From positions 22,845 to 86,844 of the forward strand of contig JAXLYI010000013.1 of the NCBI GenBank assembly GCA_046351555.1: a DNA stretch of 64,000 bases, read 5' to 3'. Of the stretch, positions 1 through 12,472 are shown in pieces. The notes beneath the pieces are model-generated. The model was not told where the DNA came from. It saw only the letters and a program-made list of their open reading frames with translations, and did not search any database. Each line of letters opens with the position of its first letter. Position 1 is the first letter of the stretch. The position numbers and the translations under genes are program-made. Source of the DNA: Polyangiales bacterium (GTDB lineage: Bacteria > Myxococcota_A > Polyangia > Polyangiales > Ga0077539).

Positions 1-2711
<2,711 letters not shown>

Positions 2712-2763
2712 CACGTCGAGTCACCTTCCAGAAGGGAGAGAGGCCGCGGGGAGCGCTCCAGGG

Positions 2764-5004
2764 TCACGTCTCGGCGAGGACTTCCTGGAGCCGGTCGAGG
2801 TCGACGGGCTTGACGAGGTGGTCGTCGAAGCCCGAGGCGAGGGCGAGCTCGCGGTCGGACGGGCGGCCGTAGCCCGTCAGCGCGATGAGCCGCACCGGGA
2901 GGTCGGGGGCGCGCGCGCGGATGGCGGCGGCCACCTGGTGCCCGTCGAGCCCGGGGAGCCCGATGTCGACGAGCGCGACGTCGGGGCGGCGGGCGAGCAC
3001 GAGCTCCACGCCCGAGGGCCCGTCGTCGGCCGAGGCCACCGCGTGGCCCCACGACTCCAGGCAGATCTGCATCGACTCGCGGACGTCGGCGTTGTCCTCC
3101 ACCAGCACCACGCTGCGGCGCGGGCGCTCGGCGCGCGGCGGCGGCGGCGCCTCGGAGGCCGGCGCGGGCGCCCCGCTGATCGGCAGGCGCACTTCGAACA
3201 CGCTCCCGCGCGTGAGCCCCTCGCTGCGCGCGGTGACGGTGCCCCGGTGCAGCTCGACGAGGCGGCGGACGAGCGTGAGCCCGAGCCCGAGGCCGCCCTG
3301 CGAGCGGTCGGGGCGGCGGTCGGACTGGACGAAGAGCTCGAAGATGCGCGAGATCATCTCGGGCTCGATGCCGATGCCCTCGTCGCTCACGCGGATGACG
3401 GCCTCGGCCCCCTCGACCGCGCAGTCCACGCGGATCGGCGAGCCCGGCGGCGAGTAGCGGGCGGCGTTGTTGATGAGGTTGGCGGCCACCTGGGTGAGCC
3501 GCGTGGCGTCGGCGAGGAGCGCCACCTCGTGGTCGGGCAGCGAGACCGAGAGGTGCTGGTCGCGCTGCTGGAGGAGGGGCGCGCAGGTCTGGACGGCCTG
3601 GTCGACGATCGACGCGAGGGTGACGGGCGCGAAGCGGAGCTCGATCTTGCCGGAGGTGATGCGCGCGAGGTCGAGGAGGTCGTCGACGAGGCGCGCGAGG
3701 TGGCGCACCTGGCGGTCGATGGCGGCGGTGGCGCGGGCGGCCACGTCGGGCGTGGTCTCGGGGCGCCGCAGCACGTGGACGGAGTTGACGATCGGCGCCA
3801 GCGGGTTGCGCAGCTCGTGGGCGAGCATCGCGAGGAACTCGTCCTTGCGCCGGTCGTCCTCGGCGAGCGCCCGGTTGCGCACCGAGAGCTCGTCGATGAG
3901 CCGCGCGCGCTCGAGGGCCATCGCGACCTGGTCGCACACGACGCGGAGCACGGCGAGGTCGTCGGCGGCCACCGCGTCGCGCGTCGCGGTGCCGAAGGCG
4001 AGCGTGCCGAGAAGGTGCTCCTGCGCGAGCAGCGGGAAGCACGCGCACGCGCGCAGCCCGAGGCCGCGGGCGAGCGCGAGGGCGGGGTCGTTGGAGGACT
4101 GGACGCGCTCGGCGACGCGGGCGGCGCGGGTCTCGGCCACCTCGGCGGACAGCGGGCCGACCGGCGCGTCGACGAGCGCCTCCGCGGTCCCGGGGCCGCC
4201 GTGCGCGCCGAGGCGGAGGCCGGCGCCGTCGACGAGGTAGTTGCAGTACACCTCGAGCCCGAGGTGCTCGGCGAGCTGCCCGCAGAGGGTGGCGAGAAGG
4301 TCCTCGGGGCGCGGGCCGAGGAGCAGGCGGCCGGCGAGGTCGGCGAGGAGCTCGAGGCGTCGGTTGCTGGCCTGGAGGGCGGCCTCGGCGCGCTCGCGCT
4401 CGGCCACGGTGCGCGCGAGCGTCTCGGCCGCGCGGCGCTCCTTGATCATCTCCTCGCGGAGGCGCTCGGCCTCCCAGCGCTGGTTGGCCTCGGCGAGCTG
4501 GCGCTCGTACTCGCGCTTCTCGATCTCGCGCAGGAGCCTCCCCTGGCGCTTGATCTCCTCGGTCTTGCGGAAGAGGTCGACGAAGGCCGCCACCTTGGCC
4601 CGCAGCACGAAGGGCGAGATCGGCTTGAAGAGGAAGTCGACCGCGCCGAGCTCGTACCCGCGCGAGATCTGCTCGTCCGACCGGCTGAAGGCCGTGAGGA
4701 AGATGATCGGCATGTGCCGCGAGCGGTCGCGCGACCGGATGATCTCCGCGGTCTGGAAGCCGTCGAGCTCGGGCATCTGGATGTCGAGCAGCGCGAGCGC
4801 GAAGTCCTGCGCGAGGAGCCGGCGCAGCGCCTCCACGCCCGACTGCGCGCGCACGACGTTGAGCCCCGGGTCGTCGAGCAGCTCCTCGATCGCGAGGAGG
4901 TTCTTCCGGTTGTCGTCGACGACCAGGATGTCGACGCGCTCGGCGCGTTCGGGCGCCGGGGTCGAGACCTCGCTCACGTCGTTTCCGCGGTCCATCAGGG
5001 GCAT
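2764..5004 (-). CDS. Hybrid sensor histidine kinase (REC - coiled coil - GAF-like - HisKA - HATPase_c - REC)
   Basis: 746-aa track ORF. N-terminal receiver: [12 protein letters not shown]...[11 protein letters not shown]...FLFKP. H-box: [16 protein letters not shown]. ATPase motifs: [29 protein letters not shown]-terminal receiver: [10 protein letters not shown]...[12 protein letters not shown]...HLVKP. It ends 52 bp upstream of the poly-HAMP gene start on the same strand. Confidence 0.92.
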   Translation of the reverse strand: MPLMDRGNDVSEVSTPAPERAERVDILVVDDNRKNLLAIEELLDDPGLNVVRAQSGVEALRRLLAQDFALALLDIQMPELDGFQTAEIIRSRDRSRHMPIIFLTAFSRSDEQISRGYELGAVDFLFKPISPFVLRAKVAAFVDLFRKTEEIKRQGRLLREIEKREYERQLAEANQRWEAERLREEMIKERRAAETLARTVAERERAEAALQASNRRLELLADLAGRLLLGPRPEDLLATLCGQLAEHLGLEVYCNYLVDGAGLRLGAHGGPGTAEALVDAPVGPLSAEVAETRAARVAERVQSSNDPALALARGLGLRACACFPLLAQEHLLGTLAFGTATRDAVAADDLAVLRVVCDQVAMALERARLIDELSVRNRALAEDDRRKDEFLAMLAHELRNPLAPIVNSVHVLRRPETTPDVAARATAAIDRQVRHLARLVDDLLDLARITSGKIELRFAPVTLASIVDQAVQTCAPLLQQRDQHLSVSLPDHEVALLADATRLTQVAANLINNAARYSPPGSPIRVDCAVEGAEAVIRVSDEGIGIEPEMISRIFELFVQSDRRPDRSQGGLGLGLTLVRRLVELHRGTVTARSEGLTRGSVFEVRLPISGAPAPASEAPPPPRAERPRRSVVLVEDNADVRESMQICLESWGHAVASADDGPSGVELVLARRPDVALVDIGLPGLDGHQVAAAIRARAPDLPVRLIALTGYGRPSDRELALASGFDDHLVKPVDLDRLQEVLAET

Positions 5005-5224
5005 TCGGTGGCGCCGTTCCGCGCGGCCGCGCAGCGCGTTGGAAGGGCGGAGCGTCGGGCCGCGTGCGCGCGCGTCAAGCCGTCGGGCGGGCCAATTCCG
5101 CCGCGCCGACGGTTCCCTCGTCGGCGCGATCGAAGGGCGGCGAAACGGCCCGCGACGTCGGGGGGCGAACGCCGAAAATCTCCCCGCGTCGCGGCGCGGT
5201 GGTAGGGTCGCGAGTCACGACGCC

Positions 5225-6238
5225 GTGGACATCGTCACCGCCGCCGAGCAGGCCACCAAGGGCAAGCTCCTCCCCGTCTACCTCCTGGGCGGGGACGAGC
5301 GCCTCCTCATCACCCGCTGCGCCGACGCGGTGCGCCTCGCCGCGGTCGGCGGCGGCCCGCGCGGCCTCTCCGAAGACATCTTCGACGCGAAGCAGTCGAA
5401 CGCCGCGGCCATCGTGACGGCGTGCCGCACGCTCCCGATGATGTCGCGCCGTCGGCTCGTCACGGTGCGCGGCTGCGAGGACATGCGCAAGGCCGACCAG
5501 GAGGCGCTGCTCCCGTACCTCGAGAAGCCCGAGCCCTCGACGGTGCTGCTGCTCGTGGGCCCCGGCTTCGACCAGCGCGTGAAGCTCGCGCTCGCGGCGA
5601 AGGAGCGCGGGTGGTTCTTCCTCGCGAAGGCGCCGTCGGAGGGCGACCTGGTGCCGTGGATCGAGCGCGAGGCGCGCGCCGCGGGCGTGGCGCTCGGCGA
5701 GGGCGCGGCGGAGTCCCTGGCGCTCGCGGTGGGGGCCGACCTGTCGCTGCTCGCCGACGGGCTCGAGCGCCTCTCGCTCTACGCGGGCGGCGCGCCCGTC
5801 ACGGCGAAGACGGTCGACGACGTCATCACCCCGGTGCGCGAGATCCCCGCGTGGGACCTCGCCGAGGCCGTCGGGCAGCGCAACCTCCCGGCGTGCCTGG
5901 GCATCCTCGCGCGGCTCACGGCGCAGCGCCAGCACGCGCTGCCGACGCTCGGGCTCGTCGCGCGGCAGGTCCACCTCATCGCGAAGGCGCGGACGCACGC
6001 CGACACCCGCACGCCCGGCACGCTGGCCTCCGCGCTGAAGATCCACCCCTTCGCCGCGGACAAGGTCGGCCAGCAGGCGAAGCGCTGGTCGCCGGGCGCG
6101 ATCCAGCGGGCGCTGCGCGTGCTCGCCGCGACCGACGCGGCCCTCAAGGGGGCGAAGCGCGGCGACGAGCGGGTGATGGAGGAGTGCCTCATCGCCCTCT
6201 GCGGCGGCGCGGGGATGGGCGAGGCCGCGCTCCGGTAG
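5225..6238 (+). CDS. holA: DNA polymerase III delta subunit
   Basis: This is the 3' part of track ORF 4241-6238, trimmed to the in-frame GTG at 5225. The upstream part of that ORF is antisense to the hybrid kinase. The sequence VDIVTAAEQATKGKLLPVYLLGGDERLL...LLLVGPGFDQRVKL...IPAWDLAEAVGQRN is typical of HolA. Confidence 0.75.
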   Translation: MDIVTAAEQATKGKLLPVYLLGGDERLLITRCADAVRLAAVGGGPRGLSEDIFDAKQSNAAAIVTACRTLPMMSRRRLVTVRGCEDMRKADQEALLPYLEKPEPSTVLLLVGPGFDQRVKLALAAKERGWFFLAKAPSEGDLVPWIEREARAAGVALGEGAAESLALAVGADLSLLADGLERLSLYAGGAPVTAKTVDDVITPVREIPAWDLAEAVGQRNLPACLGILARLTAQRQHALPTLGLVARQVHLIAKARTHADTRTPGTLASALKIHPFAADKVGQQAKRWSPGAIQRALRVLAATDAALKGAKRGDERVMEECLIALCGGAGMGEAALR

Positions 6239-6288
6239 CGCGCGGTGGGCCGTTGCCAGCGGCCGCGAAATGCTCCATCACGCGGCGC

Positions 6289-7497
6289 GTGGACGACCCC
6301 CTGCCCCCGCTCCGCTTCGACGCCCCGCCGCTCGGCCTGCCCGTCGGGATGCGCGACATGCTGCCGGCCCGCGCGGCCCTGCGCCGCTCGCTCGCGCGCG
6401 CCGTGATGGGCGCCTTCGAACGACGTGGCTACGACCCGGTGGTGCCGCCGGCCTTCGAACGCGAGGACGTGCTTTTGCGGGGCCTCGGGCCGGGGGCCGC
6501 GTCGTCGCTCCTGCGCCTCGTCGACCCCGACTCGGGCGAGGTGCTGGCGCTGCGCCCCGACATGACGCCGCAGATCGCGCGGATCGTGGCGACCCACTAC
6601 CGCGGCGCGCCGTCGCCCGTTCGCCTCGCGTACGAGGGAACGGTGCTGCGCCGGCCGCGGGGCCGGGCGCGACGTCACCGCCAGGTCGCGCAGGCGGGCG
6701 TGGAGTGCGTGGGGGCTGCGTCGGTGGACGCCGACGCCGAGGTGGTCGCGACGGCGTGCGAGGCGCTGGCGGCGGCGGGCGTGGCCGACGCGCGCGTGGA
6801 GGTGTCGCACGCGGGCGTGCACCGGGCGCTGCTCGCGGCGGCGCCGGGCGACGCGCGGCAGGCGCTGGCCGAGGCGCTCGAGGCGCGCGACCGGGCGGCG
6901 TGGCGGCGGGCGCTGCGGGGCGCGCCGGCGGTGGCTGATGCGTTCGACGCGCTCGCGGGGCTGGCGGGCGGCGGCGCGGCGGTGGTGCGCGCGGCGGCGA
7001 AGGAGCTCGGGGCGCTGGTGCCGGCGCGGGTGTTCGAAGAGCTCGGCGCGCTGGTGGCGGCGCTCGACGCGGAGGGCGTCGCTGGGGTGCAGGTCGACCT
7101 CGCGGAGGCGCGCGGCGACGGGTACTACACCGGGGCGACGTTCGCGGTGGTGTGCGAGGGCGCGGGCGAGGCGGTGGCGTCGGGCGGGCGCTACGACGAG
7201 CTGCTCGCGCGCTACGGGGCGCCGGCGCCAGCGACCGGGTGCGCGGTGGCCCTGGAGACCCTGGAGGCCCTGGTGGCGCAGCGGAAAACGGAGGACCGGT
7301 CGCGGCGCGCGGTGGTCACCGGCGAAGCCTCCCGCCGCCGCCCCGTGGCCGCGGCGCTGCGGCGCGACGGGTGGCACGTCGCGGAGCTCGACGCCTGCGA
7401 CGAAGGAACGGCGCAGGCCTGGGCGAAGGCCCACGGACGCGCGCGCGTCTTCGCGGTCGACGTCGACGGGACGGTGAGCGAGGCGCTCGTTCCGTGA
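6289..7497 (+). CDS. Class-II aaRS-like protein, most likely the ATP phosphoribosyltransferase regulatory subunit HisZ (HisRS paralog)
   Basis: This is the 3' part of track ORF 5422-7497. The start is the in-frame GTG at 6289. Motifs: LPVGMRDMLPARAA, LRPDMTPQIARI, RLAYEGTVLRRPRGRARRHRQVAQAGVECVG, GGRYDELLARYGAPAPATGCAVALE. The choice between HisZ and HisS is not settled from sequence alone. Confidence 0.6.
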   Translation: MDDPLPPLRFDAPPLGLPVGMRDMLPARAALRRSLARAVMGAFERRGYDPVVPPAFEREDVLLRGLGPGAASSLLRLVDPDSGEVLALRPDMTPQIARIVATHYRGAPSPVRLAYEGTVLRRPRGRARRHRQVAQAGVECVGAASVDADAEVVATACEALAAAGVADARVEVSHAGVHRALLAAAPGDARQALAEALEARDRAAWRRALRGAPAVADAFDALAGLAGGGAAVVRAAAKELGALVPARVFEELGALVAALDAEGVAGVQVDLAEARGDGYYTGATFAVVCEGAGEAVASGGRYDELLARYGAPAPATGCAVALETLEALVAQRKTEDRSRRAVVTGEASRRRPVAAALRRDGWHVAELDACDEGTAQAWAKAHGRARVFAVDVDGTVSEALVP

Positions 7498-7522
7498 TAG
7501 TCTCGCGGGCGCTTCTCACCTG

Positions 7523-7606
7523 GCGAGGATGGCGAAATTGGCAGACGCACCAGACTTAGGATCTGGCGCCTTCACCGGCTTGCGGGTTCAAATCCCGCTC
7601 CTCGCA
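7523..7606 (+). tRNA. tRNA-Leu: tRNA-Leu, anticodon UAG
   Basis: Cloverleaf read by eye. The acceptor stem GCGAGGA pairs with TCCTCGC. The anticodon stem CCAGA/TCTGG carries the loop CTTAGGA (anticodon TAG). There is a long variable arm. The T arm is GCGGG-TTCAAAT-CCCGC and the discriminator is A. CCA is not encoded. Confidence 0.9.
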
Positions 7607-7646
7607 CCGAAACCGACGGCCGCCGTGCGGCCCCGACGCTCGCACG

Positions 7647-8081
7647 TTGTCCGCCGTCGCGCGCGGTCGTTGTGTTACCGTCGGGAGCGTGTCTTGCCGC
7701 GAGCTCCCCGACCTGGACGACGAGATCGTTGACCTGCAGCGCGAGCTGCTCGAGATGCTGCCCGACCACGTGCGCGACCTGCGCTCGGCGCTGACCCTGG
7801 CGTCGACCGACCAGGGCGCGCGCACGGCGGTGCAGCGCCTCGGCCACCGGCTCCGGGGCACCGGGGCGACGGTGCGCCTCGGGGCCATCGGCGAGGTCGG
7901 GCGCGCGATCGAGCAGTTCTCGGTCGGGCGCGCGCAGTGGACGAGCGGGGACGTCGCGCGGGTGTCGGCCGCGGTCGACGCGCTCGGCGCCTGGGCGGAG
8001 CGCGCGCTCGCGTCGGGCTGCGTCGACCAGGGCGGGCTGCTCGGCGACCCGCGCGTGAAGGCTCTGGCGGAGGCGTCGTGA
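7647..8081 (+). CDS. Hpt (histidine phosphotransfer) domain protein
   Basis: 144-aa ORF with an HxxKG-like motif, QRLGHRLRGTGATVRLGAIG (His codon at 7845-7847), in a predicted helical context. An alternative start is the GTG at 7689. Its stop TGA (8079-8081) overlaps the GTG start of the next gene. Confidence 0.6.
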   Translation: MSAVARGRCVTVGSVSCRELPDLDDEIVDLQRELLEMLPDHVRDLRSALTLASTDQGARTAVQRLGHRLRGTGATVRLGAIGEVGRAIEQFSVGRAQWTSGDVARVSAAVDALGAWAERALASGCVDQGGLLGDPRVKALAEAS

Positions 8082-9958
8082 AGGAGTGCCCCGAGTGCGG
8101 CCTGCCGGCCGGCGGCGACGCGCTGCGGTGCGGGCGCTGCGGCGCGACGCTCGGGGGCAGCTCGCTGGTCGACGGGCGCTACATGCTCGAGGGCGAGCTC
8201 GGGCGCGGCGCGATGGGCACGGTGTACCGCGCGCGCGACGTGACGCTCGACCGGCCGGCGGCGCTGAAGTTCATCACGCCGGAGGGGGCGCGCGACTCGC
8301 GCTTCCTCGAGCGCTTCAAGCGCGAGGCGGCGGCGCTGGCGTCGGTGCGGCACCACAACGTCGTCCACGTCTTCACGATGGGCACGCACGCGGGCACGCC
8401 CTTCTACGCGATGGAGTACGTCGAGGGGCGCGACCTCGAGGCGATCGTCCGCGAGCACAAGTCCCACGGCACGATGGTGCCCGTGTACGCCGCGCTCACC
8501 ATCCTCCGGCAGCTCGCGCTCGGCCTCGACGCGGTGCACCGCGCGGGCATCGTCCACCGCGACGTGAAGCCCGGCAACGTCGTCATCGAAGACCGCAGCG
8601 GCCGCCCCGTGCTCTTAGACTTTGGCCTCGCCCGCCCCGCGGTGCGCGACGCCGCGAGCGCGACGGTCACGGCGGGCACGGCGCCGTACATGGCCCCCGA
8701 GCAGATCGACCCGCGCGACGACGACGACGAGCTCGGCGCGCGCACGGACGTCTACGGCCTCGGCTGCACGGCCTTCGAACTCCTCACGGGCCGGCCGCCC
8801 TTCGTCGCCGACAACCTCTACGCCTTCTTCCAGAAGCACCTCCACGAGGAGGCGCCGAAGGTGTCGCGCTTCCGCCCCGAGCTCGCCTCGCTCGACCCGG
8901 TGATCGACCGCGCGCTCCAGAAGAGCCCGGCCGCGCGCTACGAGAGCGCGGCGGCCTTCGCGCAGGCCCTGGAGGCCGCCTCGCACGACTGGCGCGAGGT
9001 CGGGACGCCGCTGCCGCCGCCGTACACCGCGCCGCCCGCGCCGGCGGTCGCGTCGTCGTCCGGGGGGCGCGTGCTGCGGGTGCTCATCGTCGACGACGAC
9101 CCGATGTTCCGCCGCATCGCGCGGCGCGCGGCGGGCATCGCGACGCGCGGCCGCAGCGTGGACGTGGTCGAGGCCAACGCGGGCATCCGCGCGCTCACCG
9201 CCTGCGTCGAGCGGCCGCCCGACCTCGTCGTGCTCGACTACGACATGCCCGGCCCCAACGGGATCGCCACGCTCTCGGAGATGCGCGCGCTCCCGGGCGC
9301 CGCCCGCGCCGCGGTGCTGGTGGTGAGCTCGAGCGTCGGCGACATCGAGCGCTGGCGCTTCAGCGTGCTCGGGGTGAAGGACTTCCTCGACAAGCCGGTC
9401 GACTTCCCGGTCTTCGTCCGCACCATCGCGCGCATCGCCGAGCTGGCCGACCAGGACACCAACCCCGACGACGGCGGCGGCGCCGTTCCGCCGCGCCCGC
9501 GGACGCTGCCGCGCGAGGTGTTCCTGGCGCTCCTGGCGGTGGGCTGGGCCGACGGGCGGCTCGACGACGCCGAGCGCGACGCCGTCTTCGCCGCGGCCGA
9601 GGAGGCCCGCCTCGGCGAGTCCGACCTGCGCTCGCTGCGGGAGGCCGCGCGCTCGCGCGTCGAGCTCGACGAGCTCCACGTCGACCGGCTCCGCACCAGC
9701 GAGCGGGCCTACGTGTACGCGGTCGCCCGCTGGATCGCCCTGGTCGACGGCGAGCTCTCCGAGCGCGAGGTCGCGATGCTCCGCGTCCTCGCCTTCGCCC
9801 TCCAGATGAACTCCAACACCCAGGCCACCATCGAGGCAATGGTCGCCGAGGTGCTCGCCGACCCCACCGTCGCCGGCGACCGCCGCGCCGTGCTCACAGC
9901 CCTCCGCCGCGCCGTGAGCAAGCGCTACCAGACCGACCCGCCCCTCTCCACGGACTGA
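8078..9958 (+). CDS. Ser/Thr protein kinase fused to a receiver (REC) domain and a TerB-like C-terminal domain, with an N-terminal zinc ribbon
   Basis: Trimmed from track ORF 7937-9958 to the GTG at 8078. Zinc ribbon: CPECGLPAGGDALRCGRCG. Kinase motifs: GRGAMGTVYRARD, AALKFI, HRDVKPGNV, DFGLA, APYMAPEQ. REC: RVLIVDDDP...VVLDYDMPG (Asp codon at 9236-9238)...FLDKP. C-terminal region: WADGRLDDAERD and LVDGELSEREVAML, repeats of the TerB type. Confidence 0.85.
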   Translation: MKECPECGLPAGGDALRCGRCGATLGGSSLVDGRYMLEGELGRGAMGTVYRARDVTLDRPAALKFITPEGARDSRFLERFKREAAALASVRHHNVVHVFTMGTHAGTPFYAMEYVEGRDLEAIVREHKSHGTMVPVYAALTILRQLALGLDAVHRAGIVHRDVKPGNVVIEDRSGRPVLLDFGLARPAVRDAASATVTAGTAPYMAPEQIDPRDDDDELGARTDVYGLGCTAFELLTGRPPFVADNLYAFFQKHLHEEAPKVSRFRPELASLDPVIDRALQKSPAARYESAAAFAQALEAASHDWREVGTPLPPPYTAPPAPAVASSSGGRVLRVLIVDDDPMFRRIARRAAGIATRGRSVDVVEANAGIRALTACVERPPDLVVLDYDMPGPNGIATLSEMRALPGAARAAVLVVSSSVGDIERWRFSVLGVKDFLDKPVDFPVFVRTIARIAELADQDTNPDDGGGAVPPRPRTLPREVFLALLAVGWADGRLDDAERDAVFAAAEEARLGESDLRSLREAARSRVELDELHVDRLRTSERAYVYAVARWIALVDGELSEREVAMLRVLAFALQMNSNTQATIEAMVAEVLADPTVAGDRRAVLTALRRAVSKRYQTDPPLSTD

Positions 9959-9963
9959 ACGCG

Positions 9964-10002
9964 CGACGCCCCGTCGGCACGCGCGGGCGCCGCGGGGCGT
10001 CG
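9964..10002. terminator. Possible bidirectional hairpin between convergent genes
   Basis: cgacgccccg (9964-9973) pairs with cggggcgtcg (9993-10002) around a 19-nt loop. It lies between the kinase stop (9958) and the ssb stop (10027). There is no T-tract, so its function is uncertain. Confidence 0.3.
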
Positions 10003-10026
10003 TTCAGGCTGGCGTTCGAAGCGCGC

Positions 10027-10557
10027 TCAGAAGGGGATGTCGTCGTCGCTGCCGCCGCCACCGCCGCCGATGTCGTCGGGCGGGAAGTCGTTCGGGTCGC
10101 GCGCGGGCCCACGCGAGCCGCCGCCACCCCCGCCGCCGCGGTTGAAGCCGCCGCCGCCGCCACCGCCGCTGGAGTAGCCGCCGCCTCCCCCACCGCCGCC
10201 GCCACCGCCGCCGCCTTCACCGCGCCGACCGTCGAGGAGGATGAGGTTCTGCGCGGCGATGTCGGTCGCCCACTTCTTCACGCCGTCCTTGTCCTCGTAC
10301 GAGCGCGTCTCGATGCGGCCCTCGACGTAGATGCGGCTTCCCTTCGAGAGCAGCTTGTGGAGCGCCTCGGCGCGCGGGCCCCAGAGCACCACGTTGTGCC
10401 AGTGGGTCACCTCCTGGCGCTGCTTGTTCTGGTCGAGGTAACTCTCCGTCGTCGCCAGGCGCAGGGTCAGCTTCGAGCGCCCGTTGGGGGTCGACCGCAG
10501 CTCGGGGTCCTGCCCGAGGTTGCCGATCAGCATCGCCTTGTTGAGTCCGTCTGCCAT
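10027..10557 (-). CDS. ssb: Single-stranded DNA-binding protein
   Basis: The internal ATG at 10557 within run-on ORF 10027-11376 gives MADGLNKAMLIGNLGQDPELRSTPNG...WHNVVLWG. This is followed by a Gly-rich linker and the canonical acidic tip DDDIPF. Confidence 0.95.
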   Translation of the reverse strand: MADGLNKAMLIGNLGQDPELRSTPNGRSKLTLRLATTESYLDQNKQRQEVTHWHNVVLWGPRAEALHKLLSKGSRIYVEGRIETRSYEDKDGVKKWATDIAAQNLILLDGRRGEGGGGGGGGGGGGGYSSGGGGGGGFNRGGGGGGGSRGPARDPNDFPPDDIGGGGGGSDDDIPF

Positions 10558-10604
10558 GGGTCTCTCGTCCTTTGCGGTCGACGGTACCGCCCGCCCCCAG
10601 GGGA

Positions 10605-10620
10605 TGGCAATTCTCCGGCA
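10605..10620 (+). promoter_or_regulatory. Sigma-54-like -24/-12 element
   Basis: TGGCAATTCTCCGGCA has GG-N10-GC spacing and resembles the TGGCAC-N5-TTGCA consensus. It lies 55 nt upstream of the ATG at 10675. This is a single-site match by eye. Confidence 0.3.
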
Positions 10621-10674
10621 GCCGCCCGTGGACATACCTTGTCCGCGGCCCCGGGCGGTGGTATCGCGCCGTCG

Positions 10675-11418
10675 ATGATCGAGTTCCGCGGGATCCACAA
10701 GAGCTTCGGGCCGAAGGCCGTGCTGGCGGGGGTCGACCTGACGATCCGGGACGGGGAGGTGTTCTTCATCATCGGGTCGTCGGGGGCGGGCAAATCGGTG
10801 CTCATCAAGCACCTGATCGGGCTGCTGAAGCCCGACGCGGGGGAGATCATCCTCGACGGCGAGGACGTCTCGCGGCTCGACGAGCGGAGCCTCTACCGGG
10901 TGCGGAAGGTGTGCGCGATGGTCTTCCAGCACGCGACCCTCTTCGACTCGATGACCTGCGCGGAGAACGTCGCGCTCCCCCTGCGCAAGCACGGCGGGCT
11001 CTCGACCCGCGACGCGCTCGCCGAGGCCGGGCGGCGCCTCGCCCAGGTGCACATGGCAGAGTTCGCCGGGCGCTACCCCGCGGAGCTCGGCGACGGGATG
11101 CGCAAGCGGGTGGCGATCGCGCGGGCGCTCACCGTCAACCCCCGGTACGTGCTCTTCGACGAGCCCACCACGTCGCTCGACCCGGTGAGCGCGCGGCGCG
11201 TCGACCGGCTGATCCGCGAGCTCTCCGACACGCTCGGGGTCACCAGCGTGGTCGTCTCCCACGACCTCACGTCGATCTTCTCGATCGCGAGCCGCGTGGC
11301 CATGCTCTACAAGGGCTCGCTGCGCCTCGTGGGGACGCCCGAGGAGTTCCGCGCCAGCGCCGACCCGGTGGTCCACCAGTTCGTCCGCGGCATCGCGGAG
11401 GGACCGATGGAGGTTTGA
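10675..11418 (+). CDS. ABC transporter ATP-binding protein, MlaF-like
   Basis: The internal ATG at 10675 within run-on ORF 8086-11418 gives MIEFRGIHKSFG. Walker A: GSSGAGKS. Signature-like: ELGDGMRKRVAIARAL. Walker B: VLFDEPTTSLD. H-loop: VVVSHD. Confidence 0.9.
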   Translation: MIEFRGIHKSFGPKAVLAGVDLTIRDGEVFFIIGSSGAGKSVLIKHLIGLLKPDAGEIILDGEDVSRLDERSLYRVRKVCAMVFQHATLFDSMTCAENVALPLRKHGGLSTRDALAEAGRRLAQVHMAEFAGRYPAELGDGMRKRVAIARALTVNPRYVLFDEPTTSLDPVSARRVDRLIRELSDTLGVTSVVVSHDLTSIFSIASRVAMLYKGSLRLVGTPEEFRASADPVVHQFVRGIAEGPMEV

Positions 11419-11449
11419 CGGGAACTGTGGTTATCTCGCGCCCCAACCG

Positions 11450-12469
11450 ATGGCGGCGGAGCGCTCGATCGAGGTCAAGGTAGGCATGCTCATCCTGGTG
11501 GGCGTCGGGCTCCTGGCCGCGCTCATCCTCGTGATGGGGGGCGTGCATTTCGGCCGGCGCTTCACGGTGATGGTCGACTTCAACAACCCCGGGGGGCTGC
11601 AGCCCGGGGCCCCGGTGAAGATCGCCGGCGTGCGGGTGGGCTCGGTCGAGCGGATGGAGTTCCGCGGGGCGCGGGTCGACCCGACGACGGGCCGGGCGTC
11701 GCTCGTGCGCGTCCACGCCGAGGTGGAGGAGCGCTTCCGCCACGAGATCCACGCCGACGCGGAGTTCTTCATCACCACGCAGGGGGTGCTCGGCGAGCAG
11801 TTCCTCGCGATCGACCCGGGGAGCGCCGCGCAGCCCGCGCTGCGGATCGACCGCGCCGTCGAGGGCATCGACCCGCCGCGCCTCGACCTCTTCCTCGCCC
11901 GCGCCTACGCCCTGCTCGACGACACCGTCACCGCCATCCGCACCAACCGCCGCGAGCTCGGCGGCATGGTCGACGACCTCGCCGGCGTGCTCCACAACAC
12001 CAACGAGCTCCTGCGCCGCAACGGCCCGCGCATCGACGGCATCGTCGACAACGTCGACCGCACCGTCCGCGACGCCGACGGGCTCGTGCTCGCCGCGCGC
12101 GACCGCTACGTCGACGGCCCGCAGGCGCGCCGCATCCTCAACCGCGCGGAGGCCGTCCTCGCCTCCATCGAGCGCGACGTGCCGCCGCTCGCCCACGACG
12201 CCCGGCTCGCCGTCGCCCGCGTCGACCGCATCCTCCAGGGCGTCGGCGACCCGCAGATCCAGGACGTGCAGGCGACCCTCCGCGACGTGCGCGCGCTCGC
12301 CCAGCGGGCCAACGCGATCGCGGGCGACGCGCAGGTGGTCAGCGCGCGGGTGCGCTCGGGCCAGGGCACCGTCGGCGCGCTGCTGATGGACGAGGAGCTC
12401 TACGACGACCTCCAGGAGATGGTGCGCGACCTCAAGCACAACCCCTGGAAGTTCTTCTGGCGGGAGTAG
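11450..12469 (+). CDS. MlaD/MCE-domain protein
   Basis: 339-aa ORF with an N-terminal TM helix (VKVGMLILVGVGLLAALILV). The MCE core follows: FNNPGGLQPGAPVKIAGVRVGSVERMEF. The C-terminal region is long and helical. Confidence 0.8.
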   Translation: MAAERSIEVKVGMLILVGVGLLAALILVMGGVHFGRRFTVMVDFNNPGGLQPGAPVKIAGVRVGSVERMEFRGARVDPTTGRASLVRVHAEVEERFRHEIHADAEFFITTQGVLGEQFLAIDPGSAAQPALRIDRAVEGIDPPRLDLFLARAYALLDDTVTAIRTNRRELGGMVDDLAGVLHNTNELLRRNGPRIDGIVDNVDRTVRDADGLVLAARDRYVDGPQARRILNRAEAVLASIERDVPPLAHDARLAVARVDRILQGVGDPQIQDVQATLRDVRALAQRANAIAGDAQVVSARVRSGQGTVGALLMDEELYDDLQEMVRDLKHNPWKFFWRE

Positions 12470-12472
12470 CGC

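Noticed and set aside
7607-10026. A genomic island integrated at the tRNA-Leu gene.
   Set aside because: There is no integrase, no repeat of the tRNA 3' end that I could see downstream, and no compositional shift. The downstream genes look like ordinary host signalling genes.
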